This document shows positions 59,461 through 64,000 of a stretch of 64,000 bases of DNA, piece after piece. The position numbers and the translations under genes were made by a program. The notes beneath the pieces were generated by a model, which was not told the origin of the DNA, did no database searches, and saw only the letters and a list, made by a program, of their open reading frames with translations. The stretch is from Gammaproteobacteria bacterium (GTDB lineage Bacteria > Pseudomonadota > Gammaproteobacteria > G965277405): contig OZ255726.1 of NCBI GenBank assembly GCA_965277405.1, positions 1,696,001 through 1,760,000 on the forward strand, given 5' to 3'. Numbering within the stretch: the stretch's first letter is position 1; each line of letters begins with the position of its first letter.

Positions 59461-60234
59461 ATGACTCCACCAGTAAAATTTAGAACATTCCAGCCAATTA
59501 TTGATGCGCTATATTTTTTGCAGAAAAACGGCAAGGTGTTTATTCCAATTTTGTTCATTTTGTTCGGTGTTGAATTGGTATACGAACTGTTGCTGCATGG
59601 TTCAACGCAAGAAGCGAGAGAGATATTTTTCAATGCGTATCAAACGCAGGACATGGCTGCGGTGCTGATGCAATTTCAAACAGCCGCTCCAACAATTATG
59701 TGGTATGAAGCAGGATTAGTGTTGATAGGCACATTGAATATTTTAATTTGTCTTGCGGCCTGCCACCAACTGGTATTGGGGTCACAGTTCAGTTGGTCAA
59801 GTATTCTGCTATTTGGGTTGGTAAAATTACCGATTGTTGTTGTCTTGACTGTGGTGACGTTGATTATTCAACTGCCGTTATACCTGCTATTTATTATCCC
59901 CGGGCTGTGGATGACTTCACGGTTGGTGTTAACTACAGCGATTTTGGCGCTTGAGCAAACGAGCATTCAACAAGCAATTGTGCGCAGCTTCGAGCGCACT
60001 GCTGGATATACTTGGATAATTCTCGTTAATTTTTTTGTGATGTTTCTTGGGATGGCAGTGTTTTCGGCAGTCCTCGACGGTGTTTTTTCTGCAGTTGGCG
60101 CTAGCAACGGTTATGTTGAGAATTTACTGGAAGATAAAATCCTTGGCGTTGTCATGGCGATTGTGTTTTCAGTGTGGGGATACCGCTTATATTCATTGCT
60201 GATGCCGCAGCCGATGAATGTCAGCGAAGATTGA
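59461..60234 (+). CDS. Integral membrane protein (YciC-like)
   Basis: About 6 TM helices; LFIIPGLW..RL, AIVRSFERT. Confidence 0.55.
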   Translation: MTPPVKFRTFQPIIDALYFLQKNGKVFIPILFILFGVELVYELLLHGSTQEAREIFFNAYQTQDMAAVLMQFQTAAPTIMWYEAGLVLIGTLNILICLAACHQLVLGSQFSWSSILLFGLVKLPIVVVLTVVTLIIQLPLYLLFIIPGLWMTSRLVLTTAILALEQTSIQQAIVRSFERTAGYTWIILVNFFVMFLGMAVFSAVLDGVFSAVGASNGYVENLLEDKILGVVMAIVFSVWGYRLYSLLMPQPMNVSED

Positions 60235-60778
60235 GCAAGACGTTCGCCGTGTCGCCTCGATTATTGTTGATGGCGGGGTTGTTGCCTACCCGACAGAAGC
60301 AGTGTGGGGAATTGGCTGCCGTGCCGATAATATGGCAGCAGTGCAACGAATATTGCGAATAAAACAGCGCGTCGCCACAAAAGGTTTGATTTGCATGGCG
60401 CATTCTTGGCGTCAAGTCGAGCAATACACTGCAGCGCTTTCGTCGCAGCAACAACAATTATGTGCTTCCGTCTGGCCTGGGTTTACCACGGTGGTGTTAG
60501 CTGCCGCTGCCAATGTTGTTCCTTTAGTTTGCGCGGCAGACGGTACCTTAGCGTTGCGGGTACCAAGCCATACCCCAACCCGTAATATTGTTGCAGCAAC
60601 AGGGAGCTTGTTGGTTTCTACTTCTGCAAATATTGCTGGTGCAGCTCCAGTGACAACCCTAGCAGAAATATTCAATCAATTTGGCAAGCTTGTCGATGTT
60701 ATTTACGACGCACCATTGGGGTATTACACACAACCTTCGCCGATAATTATTGGGGAAACAGGACAGCAGCTCCGATGA
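60218..60778 (+). CDS. tsaC: Threonylcarbamoyl-AMP synthase
   Basis: VAYPTEAVWGIGC, KQR..KGLI, WPG, LVSTSAN. Confidence 0.9.
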   Translation: MSAKIEQDVRRVASIIVDGGVVAYPTEAVWGIGCRADNMAAVQRILRIKQRVATKGLICMAHSWRQVEQYTAALSSQQQQLCASVWPGFTTVVLAAAANVVPLVCAADGTLALRVPSHTPTRNIVAATGSLLVSTSANIAGAAPVTTLAEIFNQFGKLVDVIYDAPLGYYTQPSPIIIGETGQQLR

Positions 60779-61692
60779 GTCACATTGCTGCAATCCGCAG
60801 CTATTTATTGCTGTTGCAATATTCGCTGTGTACGATTCTAGAACAGCTTGATGGTCAGCAGGTGTTTGTTGATGACCCGTGGCAGTCACATGAGAATTAT
60901 GGAATTACCCGAGTGTTGAGTGGTGGTGATGTCTTCAGCAAAGCAGCGGTTAATTATTCGCATATGCACGGAAACTCTTTGCCGTGTAGCGCCTCACAAC
61001 GGCATGCTGATATTGCGGGTAGGCCGTTTGCAGTGCTTGGTGTATCTGTGGTAATTCATCCGCGCAATCCATTTGTGCCAACCGCGCATTTGAATGTGCG
61101 CTACTTTCAAGTTAAAACTGACAATAATCTCGTTTGGTGGTTTGGTGGTGGCTTTGATTTAACGCCGTGTTATGGGTTTACTGAAGACTGTGTGCATTGG
61201 CATACAGTGGCGCGTGATGCCTGTGGGTGTTTGGATGGAAATACCACGTATCGACAGATGAAACAGCAATGCGATGACTATTTTTGGAATGTTCATCGCA
61301 ATGAACCACGCGGTGTTGGCGGGATATTTTTTGATGATCTCAATGCTCCTGATTTTGCTAGCTGCTTTGAATTTATGCAGGCAGTTGGCAATAATTTTGA
61401 ACGTGGCTATGCGCCAATTGTACATAGACGGCAGCAGCACCCATTTACTGATGCAGACGTTGCTTTTCAGCAGATACGTCGTGGACGGTATGTAGAATTT
61501 AACTTGGTATACGATCGTGGTACGCTGTTTGGCTTACAGAGTACAGGGCGAATTGAGTCGATTTTAGTTTCTATGCCAGACCATGCTAGCTGGGAGTACC
61601 AACATCAACCAACCACAGCTGCTCAGCGTGAGTTGACCGATTATTTTTTGCAAAACCGTGATTGGCTTGCAGAGCATGTTTTGCAGCCATGA
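60775..61692 (+). CDS. hemF: Oxygen-dependent coproporphyrinogen III oxidase
   Basis: HPRNPFVPTAHLNVR, WWFGGGFDLTP, RRGRYVEFNLVYDRGT. Confidence 0.96.
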   Translation: MSHIAAIRSYLLLLQYSLCTILEQLDGQQVFVDDPWQSHENYGITRVLSGGDVFSKAAVNYSHMHGNSLPCSASQRHADIAGRPFAVLGVSVVIHPRNPFVPTAHLNVRYFQVKTDNNLVWWFGGGFDLTPCYGFTEDCVHWHTVARDACGCLDGNTTYRQMKQQCDDYFWNVHRNEPRGVGGIFFDDLNAPDFASCFEFMQAVGNNFERGYAPIVHRRQQHPFTDADVAFQQIRRGRYVEFNLVYDRGTLFGLQSTGRIESILVSMPDHASWEYQHQPTTAAQRELTDYFLQNRDWLAEHVLQP

Positions 61693-62354
61693 ATCAGCAT
61701 ATTTGGGCATTTGTATTGATGGTGATTAGCGGTTCAGCCTTTGTTGTAATGCCGCATTTAGATTTGATGGTGAGCAATTGGTGGTATGTTGCATCGACAG
61801 GGTTTATTGGAAATGACTATGCGCTGGTGCGCTGGCTTGACTCACTTAATTGGCTGTTTTGGGTTGCTGCCTTGGCAATTTTAGCTGTAACACTTTGGTA
61901 TAACAGGCGCAAGTGGCTGCTGGAAAGCGGCTATTTGCTCACATGTTTAGTGGTTGGTCCTGGTGTGGTGGTGAACGTGGTTTTAAAGGATAACTGGGGG
62001 CGAGCGCGACCTGCGAATATTGTGGAATTTGGCGGTGATCAACAGTTTAGCCCGCCATGGATGATCAGTGATCAATGCGCTACCAATTGTTCGTTTGTCT
62101 CTGGACATGCCAGTAGCGGATTTTTTTTAATGGCGCTTGCGTTTATTCCAAGTCTGCGCAAGTGGCGGGATTGTTTATTGTACATTGGTTTGACGTCAGG
62201 ATTTGTGTCTGGCTTTGGCAGAGTGTTGCAAGGTCGGCATTTTATGAGTGATATTGTATTTAGTGGCGCGGTAGTGCTGTTGGTGTCTTGGGTGATGGCG
62301 CGCGTGTTTTTTAAAGAGCCTTGGTATTACTCCAACATTGAAGGGTCGCAATGA
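61689..62354 (+). CDS. PAP2 phosphatase, lipid A 4'-phosphatase (LpxF)-like
   Basis: KDNWGRARP, SFVSGH, RVLQGRHFMSD PAP2 motifs. Confidence 0.8.
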   Translation: MNQHIWAFVLMVISGSAFVVMPHLDLMVSNWWYVASTGFIGNDYALVRWLDSLNWLFWVAALAILAVTLWYNRRKWLLESGYLLTCLVVGPGVVVNVVLKDNWGRARPANIVEFGGDQQFSPPWMISDQCATNCSFVSGHASSGFFLMALAFIPSLRKWRDCLLYIGLTSGFVSGFGRVLQGRHFMSDIVFSGAVVLLVSWVMARVFFKEPWYYSNIEGSQ

Positions 62355-62456
62355 AACAGAACAAGCAGCGTATTCAGCCCTTCTATATACCGTTTTAATA
62401 TGATTAACAATATGCAGCAAAACCACTGGCTCATAATACGGGTTATTAAGGCATCT

Positions 62457-64000
62457 ATGGAATCTCTGAAAAACAGTTTATTGATAATGCTAGTGATGTT
62501 GTGTATTGCAAGTTGCGCGCAGCAGCCGTTAACAACTGGCGATATCAGCGCTAATATTGATAGTGATGTCAGTAATGACAGTGATGACAGCGATGTCAGC
62601 GATGTCAGTGATGACAGTGATGTTGTTGTGAGCAGAGCAGCGGTTGACAGCAAAGCTGATATATCTACAGATACAAGCACTAGTGAGTACACTGATTTAC
62701 TGGATAGGATTCGTGACAATATGCAATGGAAAGGCAAGTATTTGCATGAAAAGCGCGTGCAGAATGTCATTCAGTACTTTACCGAAGACCAAGCCTACTT
62801 TGACCGGGTGATGAAAGGGGCAATGCGATATTTGTTTTATACTTACGAGCGCATCGAACAGGAGGGTTTCCCAGCCGAGATTGCCTTGTTGCCTGTGGTG
62901 GAAAGTGGCTTTGACCCGTATGCGTATTCGTATGCGAAAGCAGCTGGGCTGTGGCAGTTTATCCCAAGTACTGCCGAGCATTTTGGTGTGCGTGAAGGGT
63001 GGTGGTATTCGGGTCGGCGTGATATCGTCGATTCAACAACCGCAGCAATATTATATTTAGACCAGTTGCGAGCATCATTCAATGGCGATTGGTTCCACGC
63101 GCTAGCATCATATAATGGCGGACCGGGCCGAGTCAGCAAGCAGATACGCCGCCATACAAAACGCAACTGGTCTACCAGTTATTGGGATCTTGATAAATTA
63201 CCGCAACAAACGAAAAGTTATGTGCCTTTATTGCTTGGCATCTGCGAAATAATTTTGCACCCTGATAAATATGGAATTGTATTGCCGAAAATTCCAAATA
63301 AACCGTATTTTAAAGAGCTTACCTTGGACTATGCAATGAACATCGAAGCTGTGAAGCGACTTGCGGCTGTGTCGAGTGAAGAGTTTGATTTTTTAAATTC
63401 TGGATTTAATCAGAAAATGCTCTACCCATTGCAGCGACCACGTGTTTTGCTCCCAGTCGAGCGTGTTGAACATTTTACGGCTGAATATAAAAAGTATCGT
63501 GACAGCACAGATTATGTACTGTGGATGGCGTACAAACTACAAGCTACAGATACATTGAAAACAATTGCCAAGAAATTTGACACTTCGGTGGCTGCGTTAA
63601 TGCGGTTAAATCAAATGCAAGCAAACGTGTTAAAGATGCCTTTTTCCATGGTAATTCCAATTTATGTCTCGGATTTTAATAAGTACAAGCAATATCAATA
63701 CGAGCCTCCCCGGCGCATCAATGTCCAAGTCGAGCTGGTTAAAAGGTATCGGCTCAAATCAGGAGATACCCTGTGGGGAGTATCACGGCAGTTCAAGGTA
63801 AAACTGCGCGACTTAATGAGTTGGAATGGCGTGAAGGCCAATACAATTTTGTATTCTGGTAAACAAATAGTTGTCGCACAATCTAGAGCAGTTGCCAAAG
63901 AACCCATCGTGCTACGCGGTGAGCACCGCCATACAATCATCCGCAACGTCTACTATCCAGCGCGCAGGGGCGACTCGCTATGGAGCATTGGTAATAAGTT
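62457..64000 (+). CDS. mltD: Lytic transglycosylase MltD with LysM domains (runs past window end; start could be 62400 or 62412)
   Basis: Translated by hand: lipobox IASC, LLPVVESGFDP, AAGLWQFIPST, RRDIVDST, LASYNGGPGRV, LysM GDTLWGVS and GDSLWSI. Confidence 0.9.
   Translation, partial: MESLKNSLLIMLVMLCIASCAQQPLTTGDISANIDSDVSNDSDDSDVSDVSDDSDVVVSRAAVDSKADISTDTSTSEYTDLLDRIRDNMQWKGKYLHEKRVQNVIQYFTEDQAYFDRVMKGAMRYLFYTYERIEQEGFPAEIALLPVVESGFDPYAYSYAKAAGLWQFIPSTAEHFGVREGWWYSGRRDIVDSTTAAILYLDQLRASFNGDWFHALASYNGGPGRVSKQIRRHTKRNWSTSYWDLDKLPQQTKSYVPLLLGICEIILHPDKYGIVLPKIPNKPYFKELTLDYAMNIEAVKRLAAVSSEEFDFLNSGFNQKMLYPLQRPRVLLPVERVEHFTAEYKKYRDSTDYVLWMAYKLQATDTLKTIAKKFDTSVAALMRLNQMQANVLKMPFSMVIPIYVSDFNKYKQYQYEPPRRINVQVELVKRYRLKSGDTLWGVSRQFKVKLRDLMSWNGVKANTILYSGKQIVVAQSRAVAKEPIVLRGEHRHTIIRNVYYPARRGDSLWSIGNK
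62562..62624 (+). repeat. 9-bp coding repeat x7 (Ser-Asp-Val/Asp linker in MltD)
   Basis: AG[TC][GA]ATG[TA][CT] x7. Confidence 0.8.

Noticed and set aside
1-64000. Many antisense ORFs of 60-210 aa in the ORF track, and a possible strand-bias switch
   Set aside because: The ORFs are shadows of well-supported genes; GC skew could not be computed and no clear switch was visible.

Overview
AT-leaning gammaproteobacterial chromosome segment made mostly of housekeeping genes. It carries trpE, sodB, ppk2, the dcw cluster (mraZ to ftsZ), htpG, a short secretin with pilN/O/P-like genes behind yhdP, cobB, an M23 peptidase, dnaE, lptD, tcyP, gmk, a BrnT/BrnA-like toxin-antitoxin pair, truA, nqrA-F-apbE-nqrM-erpA-cdd, a frameshifted leuE, maeA, uvrC, tsaC-hemF-PAP2 and mltD (cut by the window end). 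Proteins are divergent and several usual neighbours are missing, which suggests a rearranged, possibly host-associated lineage (inference). The most notable non-housekeeping signal is a family of non-autonomous palindromic elements with GGAAnCTCTGATTAA terminal inverted repeats and NTAA targets: three ~290-bp copies, a 47-bp perfect palindrome, one degenerate copy and solo ends. The long form nests two covarying stem / GCA-AA loop / hairpin modules on opposite strands, and copies overlap or abut gene stops and a gene start. The window also has many short perfect tandem duplications, one of which frameshifts leuE. No rRNA, tRNA, CRISPR array or transposase was recognised. All calls come from reading the sequence; no searches were run.
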